NCBI GenBank assembly: GCA_048128005.1
Contig: JBEUKZ010000119.1
Location: forward strand, 62,001-126,000
Direction of reading: 5' to 3'
From: Veleropilina oligotropha
Lineage: Eukaryota
DNA length: 64,000 bases
Part shown: positions 45,912 through 59,600 of the stretch, piece by piece
Numbering within the stretch: position 1 is the first letter of the stretch
How the letters are laid out: the number at the start of each line of letters is the position of its first letter
Program-made: the position numbers and the translations under genes
The notes under the pieces: generated by a model
Database searches by the model: none
Seen by the model: the letters and a program-made list of their open reading frames with translations, nothing else
Told to the model about the DNA's origin: nothing

Positions 45912-47883
45912 TGTATTTACATATGACTTTCCACGTGCTAGATAACATCTCGGTCAACGACATTCAGCGTGATTTTCTCTATAAAATACGGAACGGAAAC
46001 CGATCGTTCTGGTCTGCTTAGCTTGCATGCCGCAAGTCGAGGCATCTCACGAAACGTCGAGTAACTTTAGTAAAGTCACGTTGAATATTATGATAGTTGA
46101 AAAGTGCCTGCATACAAAAAAAAAAATAGAACTTGAAATATATGCATACTATTAACAGCTGAAAATGTAAAGAAATACGTCATAGAGAGTTACTGATCCG
46201 GATTTTATTGAGCCTTGCTGGGTGCCGCTTAGAAGACAGTCACTGGCATTGTTCGGTTGCATACGTTTTTAAGTTGGATCCTTTTGGTTTTGTAAACAGC
46301 AAGACATTATAGTATGTCTTATATATTGTAAATCGTATGCGAAGTACTCCGAGAAGATTCTGCTGTCGCCTATAGTAATATCACAGTGTCACAAGATAGT
46401 AGCGCAAGTTATTGTTACCTATCTTTTTGTTGATTATCAATTTAAAAACATTTATACTTGTAATAAATATTATATTATAAATAGTTTTAAAATATAATAA
46501 AATATAATTTTGTATGAACATTTAGTGATGAATTCCAATTGCTGGTTGGTTGAAAAAATATGTTTCATGTAATGAGATATTATATAAATAATTGGAAAAA
46601 ATAACAAAATGAATATTTTATTTTGTACATCAGTATATCCATCCTTCAAAAGGAGACATAAGTATTAAACAGAAATTAAATAATTATAGTCTGCTGGAAA
46701 GTATTGTACCCCTCATAGGCTTTCTTCATGTCCTTCTCCAGTGACAATTAATGGGAGAGTGAAATCACTCGCGCGACCATTCTAGGAGAGCTATTTTTCA
46801 CTCACCATCATTTTCTTAAAACGAAGGACTAAAATCGATATGTGATATTTTTGCTTAGAGCTGGCAAAACCAAACAGACAATCATTATGGAACGACTAAC
46901 GTCGTGCACACATTAAAGCCATTAAAGTTGTATTGTATGGAGCCGAATTGGTGCAAAAATTCTACATCCTACATTCATCATGCTACGTCGTAAATTTCAA
47001 GGTGCAAATGTTCTACATCCTACATTCTTTATTCTACATCTATCATTCATCATGCTACATGGTAACATTCATTTGTTCAACTTTCATTATCCACTGTAAT
47101 TTTTAAGAAAAGTACGGTTATAGAATAAAAATTTCTACAGTTAGAAGGATATAATCGATAGATGAAGCAGCTACAACTTCAAACTCGCATGGTCGTGTCG
47201 GCATATTGAGGCTGGCATGTTGAGGTTGGCAAGGTCATGTTTGAAAGCCTATCATAATATGCATTCGTATTATGCTATCTCAATTCTGCCAGATTGGCAT
47301 AGATGGTGCTGCGGTGTTAAAGTGTTGAAACTAACCGCTCCCTATCTGTCACTCGTCGCTGAGCGGCAGGGCCGTAGCTACCATGAAAACAATTGCCCCC
47401 CCTGAAATCTGGAAAACGTGGACGTCAAACTAAAGTGATTTACATTAATAAACCGCTTAGAGTGCAGGAGAGGTCATTTCGTAGGATTGAATCCAAAATT
47501 TCTTCGTCATTAACACTGCTTGTTTCCAAATTCATGGTGTGCGATATTCACATCGTGAGTTTGAATCCTCAGTTGGGCTCCTTGTTCAGTTAGCGGTCAC
47601 ATGTCACATGACCGCGATTCAAGGGAGATAAATGGGGTATGAAGCATCGATACAAGTCGTATAATAATGGTAATATTTGTTTCTTTAAGGTTGCGACCGG
47701 AGTACTGCTCTATTCATTTGAAGAAATGTCTACCAGACCAAACATTATCGTCCAGACGCATTCACGAATATTGACCTAAGAAATTTCTTCTCATCTTGAA
47801 AAATGAACAACGAAAAAGCGGCTAATTGATCATTAATGTGACCATCGACTCTTATAAATAATGTAGTTCATATTCAAACGAAA

Positions 47884-48570
47884 ATGAATCCTTTAACCTG
47901 TTCCACTTGCCAAAAGTCTTTCCAATATGAAGGCAGCTATAAAAAGCATGTCAAGAAACTTGAAAATGGACATCCATGCAGAGAAAAGCCGTATGTTTGT
48001 TGTGTATGCGACAAAACATTTCAACAGAAGAGCAGTCTTTATATTCACATGGTAGCTCATACCAGAGAGAAATCCTATCAATGCGTTATTTGTAATCAGA
48101 CCTTTTCTCTACAAAGTAATCTTAGTAGGCACATGCGAACCCATACTGGGGAAAAACCCTATCAATGCGTTATTTGTAATAAGAGATTTTCTAGATGTAG
48201 TCATCTTAAGATACACATGAGAGTCCATACTGGGGAGAAGCCGTATCAGTGCGTCGTGTGCAATCAGACATTTTCACAAGAAGGTACTCTTCAAAGCCAC
48301 ATGAAAACCCATACGAAAGAGAAAGACTATCAATGCGTTGTGTGTGATAAGACGTTTTCTCAACTATGTAGTCTCAAGAACCACATGGTAATCCATACTG
48401 GGGAGAAAGCTTATCAATGTGTTGTGTGTGATAAGACATTTTCGGAAGCAAGTTCTCTTAGGAGACACTTGCGGACCCATACTGGAGAGAAACCTTACCA
48501 GTGCGTCGTCTGCAACAAGGCATTTTCTCGAAAATATGGTCTTATGAGGCACATGAAAACCCATACATGA
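47884..48570 (+). CDS. Tandem C2H2 zinc-finger protein (8 fingers, the first atypical)
   Basis: 228-aa ATG ORF with HTGEKPY linkers; candidate splice acceptor TTTCTTTAAG ending 47689. Confidence 0.88.
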   Translation: MNPLTCSTCQKSFQYEGSYKKHVKKLENGHPCREKPYVCCVCDKTFQQKSSLYIHMVAHTREKSYQCVICNQTFSLQSNLSRHMRTHTGEKPYQCVICNKRFSRCSHLKIHMRVHTGEKPYQCVVCNQTFSQEGTLQSHMKTHTKEKDYQCVVCDKTFSQLCSLKNHMVIHTGEKAYQCVVCDKTFSEASSLRRHLRTHTGEKPYQCVVCNKAFSRKYGLMRHMKTHT

Positions 48571-48864
48571 TCATTCGAATGCAGCAAAAATCGATTAAAA
48601 TAGTTGAACGAAAAAAAGGATGCACATTTTTGCAAAATAGTCAACCTGCACATTTTGGAAGAAAAAGAAAATTATATTTATGAACTTTCAAGTCAGCAAG
48701 AGATATAGAGTTAATATTTGCGATGTCGAAACGAGCACATTAAAATCCATACGGGAGAAACAATCTCATTCCTTTTATAACATGAAGAGATTATTAATAT
48801 CGAATGATCTTAATCAAAACTTCTGAATCTATACCCACATCAGTTGTGTGTTATCACACTCGGT

Positions 48865-50692
48865 CATGTAATCCCATTTGTATTGGTGAGACCGCGTATG
48901 ACTGAGATGTAATCCCACCTGTATTGGTGAGACCGCGTATGACTGAGATGTAATCCCACCTGTATTGGTGAGACTGCGTATGACAGATGTAATCCCACCT
49001 GTATTGGTGAGACCGCATTTGCCAGATGTAATCCCACCTGTATTGGTGAGACCGTATATGACTGAGATGTAATCCCACCTGTATTGGTGAGACCGCATAT
49101 GCCAGATGTAATCCCACCTGTATTGGTGAGACCGCATATGCCAGATGTAATCCCACCTGTATTGGTGAGACCGCATATGACAGATGTAATCCCACCTGTA
49201 TTGGTGAGACCTCATATGACAAATGTAATCCCACCTGTATTGGTGAGACCGCGTATGCCAGATGTAACCCCACCTGTATTGGTGAGACCGCGTATGACTG
49301 AGATGTAATCCCACCTGTATTGGTGAGACCGCGTATGACTGAGATGTAATCCCACCTGTATTGGTGAGACCGCGTATGACAGATGTAATCCCACCTGTAT
49401 TGGTGAGACCGCGTATGACTGAGATGTAATCCCACCTGTATTGGTGAGACCGCGTATGACTGAGATGTTATCCCACCTGTATTGGTGAGACCGCGTATGA
49501 CAGATGTTATCCCACCTGTATTGGTGAGACCGCGTATGACTGAGATGTAATCCCACCTGTATTGGTGAGACCGCGTATGACTGAGATGTAATCCCACCTG
49601 TATTGGTGAGACCGCGTATGACAGATGTAATCCCACCTGTATTGGTGAGACCGCGTATGACAGATGTAACCCCACCTGTATTGGTGAGACCGCGTATGAC
49701 TGAGATGTTATCCCACCTGTATTGGTGAGACCGCGTATGACTGAGATGTAATCCCACCTGTATTGGTGAGACCGCGTATGACAGATGTAATCCCAACTGT
49801 ATTGGTGAGACCGCGTATGACAGAGATGTAATCCCTCCTATATTGGTGAGACTGCATATGACTGAGATGTAATCCCACCTGTATTGGTGAGACCGCGTAT
49901 GACAGATGTTATCCCACCTGTATTGGTGAGACCGCGTATGACTGAGATGTAATCCCACCTGTATTGGTGAGACCGCGTATGACTGAGATGTAATCTTACC
50001 TGTATTGGTGAGACCGCGTATGCCAGATGTAATCCCACCTGTATTGGTGAGACCGCGTATGACAGATGTAATCCCACCTGTATTGGTGAGACCGCATATG
50101 ACAGATGTAATCCCACCTGCATTGGTGAGACCGCGTATGCCAGATGTAATCCCACCTGTATTGGTGAGACCGCGTATGACTGAGATGTAATCCCCTCTGT
50201 ATTGGTGAGACCGCGTATGACTGAGATGTAACCCCACCTGTATTGGTGAGACCGCATATGACTGAGATGTAATCCCACCTGTATTGGTGAGACCGTGTAT
50301 GACAGATGTAATCCCACCTGTATTGGTGAGACACGTGTATGACAGATGTAATCCCACCTGTATTGGTGAGACTGCATATGACTGAGATGTAATCCCACCT
50401 GTATTGGTGAGACCGCGTATGACAGATGCAACCCCACCTGTATTGGTGAGACCGCGAATGACAGATGCAACCCCACCTGTATTGGTGAGACTGCATATGA
50501 CTGAGATGTAATCCCACCTGTATTGGTGAGACCGCGTATGACAGATGCAACCCCCACCTGTATTGGTGAGACCGCGAATGACTGAGATGTAATCCCACCT
50601 GTATTGGTGAGACCGCATATGACAGATGTAACCCCACCTGTATTGGTGAGACCACATATGACAGATGTAACCCCACCTCTATTGGTGAGACC
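48865..50692. repeat. Satellite A, 39/41-bp unit, roughly 45 copies
   Basis: GATGTAATCCCACCTGTATTGGTGAGACCGCGTATGAC(TG)A. Confidence 0.97.
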
Positions 50693-53600
50693 GCTCCGGT
50701 AGCCAAGTGGTCTTCTGTTGTACATGCCGCTCCGGTAGCCGTGTGGCCTTCAGTGTCGTACAGGCCGCTCCGGTAGCCGTATGGTCTTCAGTGTCATGAT
50801 ACAGGCCGCTCATGTAGCCGTGTGGTCTTCAGTGGCATGATACAGGCCGCTCCGGTAGCCATGTGGTCTTCAGTGGCATGATACAGGCCGCTCATGTAGC
50901 CATGTGGTCTTGTGTCATACAGGCCGCTCCAGTAGCCGTGTGGTCTTCAGTGTCATACAAGCCGCTCCAGTAGCCGTGTGGTCTTCAGTGTCATGATACA
51001 GGCCGCTCATGTAGCCATGTGGTCTTGTGTCATACAGGCCGCTCCAGTAGCCGTGTGGTCTTCAGTGTCATACATGCCGCTCCGGTAGCTGTGTGGTCTT
51101 GTGTCATACAAGCCGGTCCAGTAGCCGTGTGGTCTTCAGTGTCATACAAGCCGCTCCAGTTGCCGTGTGGTCTTCAGTGTCATACAAGCCGCTCCAGTAG
51201 CCGTGTGGTCTTCAGTGTCATACAAGCCGCTCCAGTAGCCGTGTGGTCTTCAGTGTCATACAAGCCGCTCCAGTAGCCATGTGGTCTTCAGTGTCATGAT
51301 ACAGGCCGCTCATGTAGCCGTGTGGTCTTGTGTCATACAGGCCGCTCCAGTAGCCGTGTGGTCCTGTGTCATACAAGCCGGTCCAGTAGCCGTGTGGTCT
51401 TCAGTGTCATACAAGCCGCTCCAGTAGCCGTGTGGTCTTCAGTGTCATGATACAGGCCGCTCCGGTAGCCGTGTGGTCTTCAGTGTCATGATACAGGCCG
51501 CTCCGGTAGCCGTGTGGTCTTCAGTGTCATGATACAGGCCGCTCCAGTAGCCGTGTGGTCTTCAGTGTCATGATACAGGCCGCTCCGGTAGCTGTGTGGT
51601 CTTCAGTGTCATACAAGCCGCTCCAGTAGCCGTGTGGTCTTCAGTGTCATGATACAGGCCGCTCCGGTAGCCGTGTGGTCTTCAGTGTCATGATACAGGC
51701 CGCTCCGGTAGCTGTGTGGTCTTCAGTGTCATACAAGCCGCTCCAGTAGCCGTGTGGTCTTCAGTGTCATGATACAGGCCGCTCCGGTAGCCGTGTGGTC
51801 TTCAGTGTCATGATACAGGCCGCTCCGGTAGCCGTGTGGTCTTCAGTGTCATGATACAGGCCGCTCCAGTAGCCGTGTGGTCTTCAGTGTCATGATACAG
51901 GCCGCTCCGGTAGCTGTGTGGTCTTCAGTGTCATACAAGCCGCTCCAGTAGCCGTGTGGTCTTCAGTGTCATGATACAGGCCGCTCCGGTAGCCGTGTGG
52001 TCTTCAGTGTCATGATACAGGCCGCTCCGGTAGCCGTGTGGTCTTCAGTGTCATACAGGCCGCTCATGTAGCCGTGTGGTCTTCAGTGGCACGATACAGG
52101 CCGCTCATGTAGCCGTGTGGTCTTCAGTGTCATGATACAGGCCGCTCCAGTAGACGTGTGGTCTTCAGTGTCACGATACAGGCCGATCATGTAGCCGTGT
52201 GGTCTTCAGTGTCATGATACAGGCCGCTCCAGTACCGTGTGGTCTTCAGTGTCATGATACAGGCCGCTCATGTAGCCGATGGTCTTCAGTGTCATGATAC
52301 AGGCCGCTCCAGTAGCCGTGTGGTCTTCAGTGTCACGATACAGGCCGCTCATGTAGCTGTGTGGTCTTTAGTGTCATGATACAGGCCGCTCATGTAGCCG
52401 TGTGGTCTTCAGTGTCACGATACAGGCCGCTCATGTAGCCGTGTGGTCTTCAGTGTCACGATACAGGCCGCTCCAGTAGCCGTGTGGTCTTGTGTCATAC
52501 AAGCCGGTCCAGTAGCCGTGTGGTCTTCAGTGTCATACAAGCCGCTCCAGTAGCCGTGTGGTCTTCAGTGTCATACAAGCCGCTCCAGTAGCCGTGTGGT
52601 CTTCAGTGTCATGATACATGCCGCTCCAGTAGCCGTGTGGTCTTGTGTCGTACAGGCCGCTCCGGTAGCCGTGTGGTCTTCAGTGTCATACAAGCCGCTC
52701 CAGTAGCCGTGTGGTCTTCAGTGTCATACAAGCCGCTCCAGTAGCCGTGTGGTCTTCAGTGTCATGATACATGCCGCTCCAGTAGCCGTGTGGTCTTCAG
52801 TGTCATGATACAGGCCGATCATGTAGCCATGTGGTCTTCAGTGTCATACAGGCCGCTCATGTAGCCGTGTGGTCTTCAGTGTCATGATACAGGCCGCTCA
52901 TGTAGCCGTGTGGTCTTCAGTGGCACGATACAGGCCGCTCATGTAGCCGTGTGGTCTTCAGTGTCATGATACAGGCCGCTCATGTAGCCATGTGGTCTTC
53001 AGTGTCATGATACAGGCCGCTCATGTAGCCATGTGGTCTTCAGTGTCATGATACAGGCCGCTCATGTAGCCGTATGGTCTTCAGTGTCATGATACAGGCC
53101 GCTCATGTAGCCATGTGGTCTTCAGTGTCATGATACAGGCCGCTCCGGTAGCCGTGTGGTCTTCAGTGTCATACAGGCCGCTCATGTAGCCGTGTGGTCT
53201 TCAGTGTCATGATACAGGCCGCTCCGGTAGCCGTGTGGTCTTCAGTGTCATACAGGCCGCTCATGTAGCCGTGTGGTCTTCAGTGGCACGATACAGGCCG
53301 CTCATGTAGCCGTATGGTCTTCAGTGTCATGATACAGGCCGCTCATGTAGCCATGTGGTCTTCAGTGTCATGATACAGGCCGCTCCAGTACCGTGTGGTC
53401 TTCAGTGTCATGATACAGGCCGCTCCGGTAGCCGTGTGGTCTTCAGTGTCACGATACAGGCCGCTCATGTAGCCGTGTGGTCTTCAGTGTCATGATACAG
53501 GCCGCTCATGTAGCCATGTGGTCTTCAGTGTCATGATACAGGCCGCTCATGTAGCCGTGTGGTCTTCAGTGTCACGATACAGGCCGCTCATGTAGCCGTG

Positions 53601-56600
53601 TGGTCTTCAGTGTCATGATACAGGCCGCTCATGTAGCCATGTGGTCTTCAGTGTCATGATACAGGCCGCTCCGGTAGCCGTGTGGTCTTCAGTGTCATAC
53701 AGGCCGCTCATGTAGCCGTGTGGTCTTCAGTGGCACGATACAGGCCGCTCATGTAGCCGTATGGTCTTCAGTGTCATGATACAGGCCGCTCATGTAGCCA
53801 TGTGGTCTTCAGTGTCATGATACAGGCCGCTCCAGTACCGTGTGGTCTTCAGTGTCATGATACAGGCCGCTCCGGTAGCCGTGTGGTCTTCAGTGTCACG
53901 ATACAGGCCGCTCATGTAGCCGTGTGGTCTTCAGTGTCATGATACAGGCCGCTCATGTAGCCGTGTGGTCTTCAGTGTCATGATACAGGCCGCTCCGGTA
54001 GCCGTGTGGTCTTCAGTGTCATGATACAGGCCGCTCATGTAGCCATGTGGTCTTCAGTGTCACGATACAGGCCGCTCATGTAGCCGTGTGGTCTTCAGTG
54101 TCATGATACAGGCCGCTCATGTAGCCGTGTGGTCTTCAGTGTCATACAGGCCGCTCATGTAGCCGTGTGGTCTTCAGTGTCATGATACAGGCCGCTCATG
54201 TAGCCGTGTGGTCTTCAGTGTCATGATACAGGCCGCTCATGTAGCCATGTGGTCTTCAGTGTCATGATACATGCCGCTCATGTAGCCATGTGGTCTTCAG
54301 TGTCATGATACAGGCCGCTCCAGTAGCCGTGTGGTCTTCAGTGTCATACAGGCCGCTCATGTAGCCGTGTGGTCTTCAGTGTCATGATACAGGCCGCTCA
54401 TGTAGCCGTGTGGTCTTCAGTGTCATACAGGCCGCTCATGTAGCCGTGTGGTCTTCAGTGTCATGATACAGGCCGCTCATGTAGCCGTGTGGTCTTCAGT
54501 GTCATGATACAGGCCGCTCATGTAGCCATGTGGTCTTCAGTGTCATGATACATGCCGCTCATGTAGCCATGTGGTCTTCAGTGTCATGATACAGGCCGCT
54601 CCAGTAGCCGTGTGGTCTTCAGTGTCATACAGGCCGCTCATGTAGCCGTGTGGTCTTCAGTGTCATGATACAGGCCGCTCCAGTAGCCATGTGGTCTTCA
54701 GTGTCACGATACAGGCCGCTCATGTAGCCGTGTGGTCTTCAGTGTCATACAGGCCGCTCATGTAGCCGTGTGGTCTTCAGTGTCACGATACAGGCCGCTC
54801 ATGTAGCCATGTGGTCTTCAGTGTCATGATACAGGCCGCTCATGTAGCCGTATGGTCTTCAGTGTCATGATACAGGCCGCTCCAGTAGCCGTGTGGTCTT
54901 CAGTGTCATGATACAGGCCGCTCCAGTAGCCGTGTGGTCTTCAGTGTCATGATACAGGCCGCTCATGTAGCCGTGTGGTCTTCAGTGTCATGATACAGGC
55001 CGCTCCAGTAGCCGTGTGGTCTTCAGTGTCATGATACAGGCCGCTCATGTAGCCGTGTGGTCTTCAGTGGCACGATACAGGCCGCTCATGTAGCCGTGTG
55101 GTCTTCAGTGTCATGATACAGGCCGCTCATGTAGCCGTGTGGTCTTCAGTGTCATGATACAGGCCGCTCATGTAGCCGTGTGGTCTTTAGTGTCATACAG
55201 GCCGCTCATGTAGCCGTGTGGTCTTTAGTGTCATGATACAGGCCGCTCCAGTACCGTGTGGTCTTCAGTGTCATGATACAGGCCGCTCATGTAGCCGTGT
55301 GGTCTTTAGTGTCATGATACAGGCCGCTCCAGTACCGTGTGGTCTTCAGTGTCATGATACAGGCCGCTCATGTAGCCGTGTGGTCTTTAGTGTCATGATA
55401 CAGGCCGCTCATGTAGCCATGTGGTCTTTAGTGTCATGATACAGGCCGCTCATGTAGCCGTGTGGTCTTCAGTGTCATGATACAGGCCGCTCATGTAGCC
55501 GTGTGGTCTTTAGTGTCATACAGGCCGCTCCAGTAGCCGTGTGGTCTTCAGTGTCATGATACAGGCCGCTCATGTAGCCGTGTGGTCTTCAGTGTCATGA
55601 TACAGGCCGCTCCAGTAGCCGTGTGGTCTTCAGTGTCATGATACAGGCCGCTCATGTAGCCGTGTGGTCTTCAGTGTCATGATACAGGCCGCTCATGTAG
55701 CCATGTGGTCTTTAGTGTCATGATACAGGCCGCTCATGTAGCCATGTGGTCTTCAGTGTCATGATACAGGCCGCTCATGTAGCCGTGTGGTCTTCAGTGG
55801 CATGATACAGGCCGCTCATGTAGCCGTGTGGTCTTCAGTGGCATGATACAGGCCGCTCCGGTAGCCATGTGGTCTTCAGTGTCATGATACAGGCCGCTCA
55901 TGTAGCCGTGTGGTCTTTAGTGTCATGATACAGGCCGCTCATGTAGCCGTGTGGGCTTCAGTGTCATACAAGCCGCTCCAGTAGCCGTGTGGTCTTCAGT
56001 GTCATGATACAGGCCGCTCATGTAGCCGTGTGGTCTTCAGTGTCATGATACAGGCCGCTCATGTAGCCGTGTGGTCTTCAGTGTCATACAAGCCGCTCCA
56101 GTAGCCGTGTGGTCTTCAGTGTCATACAAGCCGCTCCAGTAGCCGTGTGGTCTTGTGTCATACAAGCCGCTCCAGTAGCCGTGTGGTCTTGTGTCATACA
56201 CGCCACTCCGTGTGGTCTTCAGTGTCATGATACAGGCCGCTCATGTAGCCGTGTGGTCTGCAGTGTCACGATACAGGCCGCTCATGTAGCCGTGTGGTCT
56301 ACAGTGTCATGATACAGGCCGCTCATGTAGCCGTGTGGTCTTCAGTGTCGTGATACAGGCCGCTCATGTAGCCGTGTGGTCTTCAGTGTCATGATACAGG
56401 CCGCTCATGTAGCCGTGTGGTCTTCAGTGTCATACAGGCCGCTCATGTAGCCATGTGGTCTTCAGTGTCATGATACAGGCCGCTCATGTAGCCGTGTGGT
56501 CTTCAGTGTCATGATACAGGCCGCTCATGTAGCCATGTGGTCTTCAGTGTCATGATACAGGCCGCTCATGTAGCCATGTGGTCTTCAGTGTAATGATACA

Positions 56601-59600
56601 GGCCGCTCATGTAGCCGATGGTCTTCAGTGTCATGATACAGGCCGCTCATGTAGCCATGTGGTCTTTAGTGTCATGATACAGGCCGCTCATGTAGCCGTG
56701 TGGTCTTCAGTGTCATGATACAGGCCGCTTCAGTAGCCAGGTGGTCTTCAGTGTCATGATACAGGCCGCTCATGTAGCCGTGTGGTCTTCAGTGTCATGA
56801 TACAGGCCGCTCATGTAGCTGTGTGGTCTTCAGTGTCATGATACAGGCCGCTCATGTAGCCGTGTGGTCTTCAGTGTCATGATACAGGCCGCTCATGTAG
56901 CCGTGTGGTCTTCAGTGTCATGATACAGGCCGCTCATGTAGCCATGTGGTCTTTAGTGTCATGATACAGGCCGCTCATGTAGCCGTGTGGTCTTCAGTGT
57001 CATGATACAGGCCGCTCCAGTAGCCATGTGGTCTTCAGTGTCATGATACAGGCCGCTCATGTAGCCGTATGGTCTTCAGTGTCATGATACAGGCCGCTCC
57101 AGTAGCCGTGTCGTCTTCAGTGTCATGATACAGGCCGCTCATGTAGCCGTGTGGTCTTCAGTGTCATGATACAGGCCGCTCATGTAGCCATGTGGTCTTT
57201 AGTGTCATGATACAGGCCGCTCATGTAGCCGTGTGGTCTTCAGTGTCATGATACAGGCCGCTCATGTAGCCGTGTGGTCTTCAATGTCATGATACAGGCC
57301 GCTCATGTAGCCGTGTGGTCTTCAGTGTCATACAAGCCGCTCCAGTAGCCGTGTGGTCTTGTGTCATACAAGCCGCTCCAGTAGCCGTGTGGTCTTCAGT
57401 GTCATACAAGCCGCTCCAGTAGCCGTGTGGTCTTCAGTGTCATACAAGCCGCTCCAGTAGCCGTGTGGTCTTCAGTGTCATGATACAGGCCGCTCATGTA
57501 GCCGTGTGGTCTTCAGTGTCATGATACAGGCCGCTCATGTAGCCGTGTGGTCTTCAGTGTCACGATACAGGCCGCTCATGTAGCCGTGTGGTCTTCAGTG
57601 TCATACAGGCCGCTCATGTAGCCGTGTGGTCTTCAGTGTCATACAGGCCGCTCATGTAGCCGTGTGGTCATTAGTGTCACAAGCCGCTCCAGTAGCCGTG
57701 TGGTCTTCAGTGTCATACACGCCACTCCATGTGGTCTTCAGTATCATACACGCCGCTCCGGTCGCCATGTGGTCTTCAATGTCATGATACAGGCCGCTCA
57801 TGTAGCCGTGTGGTCTTCAGTGTCATACAAGCCGCTCCAGTAGCCGTGTGGTCTTGTGTCATACAAGCCGCTCCAGTAGCCGTGTGGTCTTCAGTGTCAT
57901 ACAAGCCGCTCCAGTAGCCATGTGGTCTTCAGTGTCATACAAGCCGCTCCAGTAGCCGTGTGGTCTTCAGTGTCATGATACAGGCCGCTCATGTAGCCGT
58001 GTGGTCTTCAGTGTCATGATACAGGCCGCTCATGTAGCCATGTGGTCTTCAGTGTCATGATACAGGCCGCTCATGTAGCCGTGTGGTCTTCAGTGTCATG
58101 ATACAGGCCGCTCATGTAGCCGTGTGGTCTTCAGTGTCATACAAGCCGCTCCAGTAGCCGTGTGGTCTTCAGTGTCATACAAGCCGCTCCAGTAGCCGTG
58201 TGGTCTTCAGTGTCATGATACAGGCCGCTCATGTAGCCGTGTGGTCTTCAGTGTCACGATACAGGCCGCTCATGTAGCCGTATGGTCTTCAGTGTCATAC
58301 AGGCCGCTCATGTAGCCGTGTGGTCTTCAGTGTCATGATACAGGCCGCTCATGTAGCCGTGTGGTCTTCAGTGTCACGATACAGGCCGCTCATGTAGCCA
58401 TGTGGTCTTCAGTGTCATGATACAGGCCGCTCATGTAGCCGTGTGGTCTTCAGTGTCATGATACAGGCCGCTCATGTAGCTGTGTGGTCTTTAGTGTCAT
58501 GATACAGGCCACTCATGTAGCCGTGTGGTCTTTAGTGTCATGATACAGGCCGCTCATGTTGCCGTGTGGTCTTCAGTGTCATGATACAGGCCGCTCATGT
58601 AGCCGTGTGGTCTTCAGTGTCATGATACAGGCCGCTCATGTAGCCGTGTGGTCTTTAGTGTCATGATACAGGCCGCTCCAGTAGCCGTGTGGTCTTCAGT
58701 GTCATGATACAGGCCGCTCATGTAGCCGTGTGGTCTTCAGTGTCATGATACAGGCCACTCATGTAGCCGTGTGGTCTTTAGTGTCATGATACAGGCCGCT
58801 CATGTAGCCGTGTGGTCTTTAGTGTCATGATACAGGCCGCTCCAGTAGCCGTGTGGTCTTCAGTGTCATGATACAGGCCGCTCATGTAGCCGTGTGGTCT
58901 TCAGTGTCGTACAGGCCGCTCATGTAGCCATGTGGTCTTCAGTGTCATGATACAGGCCGCTCATGTAGCCGTGTGGTCTTCAGTGTCATGATACAGGCCG
59001 CTCATGTAGCCGTGTGGTCTTTAGTGTCATGATACAGGCCACTCATGTAGCCGTGTGGTCTTTAGTGTCATGATACACGCCGCTCATGTAGCCGTGTGGT
59101 CTTCAGTGTCATGATACAGGCCACTCATGTAGCCGTGTGGTCTTTAGTGTCATGATACAGGCCGCTCATGTAGCCGTGTGGTCTTCAGTGTCATGATACA
59201 GGCCGCTCATGTAGCCGTGTGGTCTTCAGTGTCATGATACAGGCCGCTCATGTAGCCGTGTGTTCTTCAGTGTCATGATACAGGCCGCTCATGTAGCCGT
59301 GTGGTCTTTAGTGTCATGATACAGGCCGCTCATGTAGCCGTGTGGTCTTCAGTGTCATGATACAGGCCGCTCATGTAGCCGTGTGGTCTTCAGTGTCGTA
59401 CAGGACGCTCATGTGGCCATGTGGTCTTCAGTGTCATGATACAGGCCGCTCATGTAGCCATGTGGTCTTTAGTGTCATGATACAGGCCGCTCATGTAGCC
59501 ATGTGGTCTTTAGTGTCATGATACAGGCTGCTCATGTAGCCGTGTGGTCTTCAGTGTCATGATACAGGCCGCTCATGTAGCCATGTGGTCTTCAGTGTCG

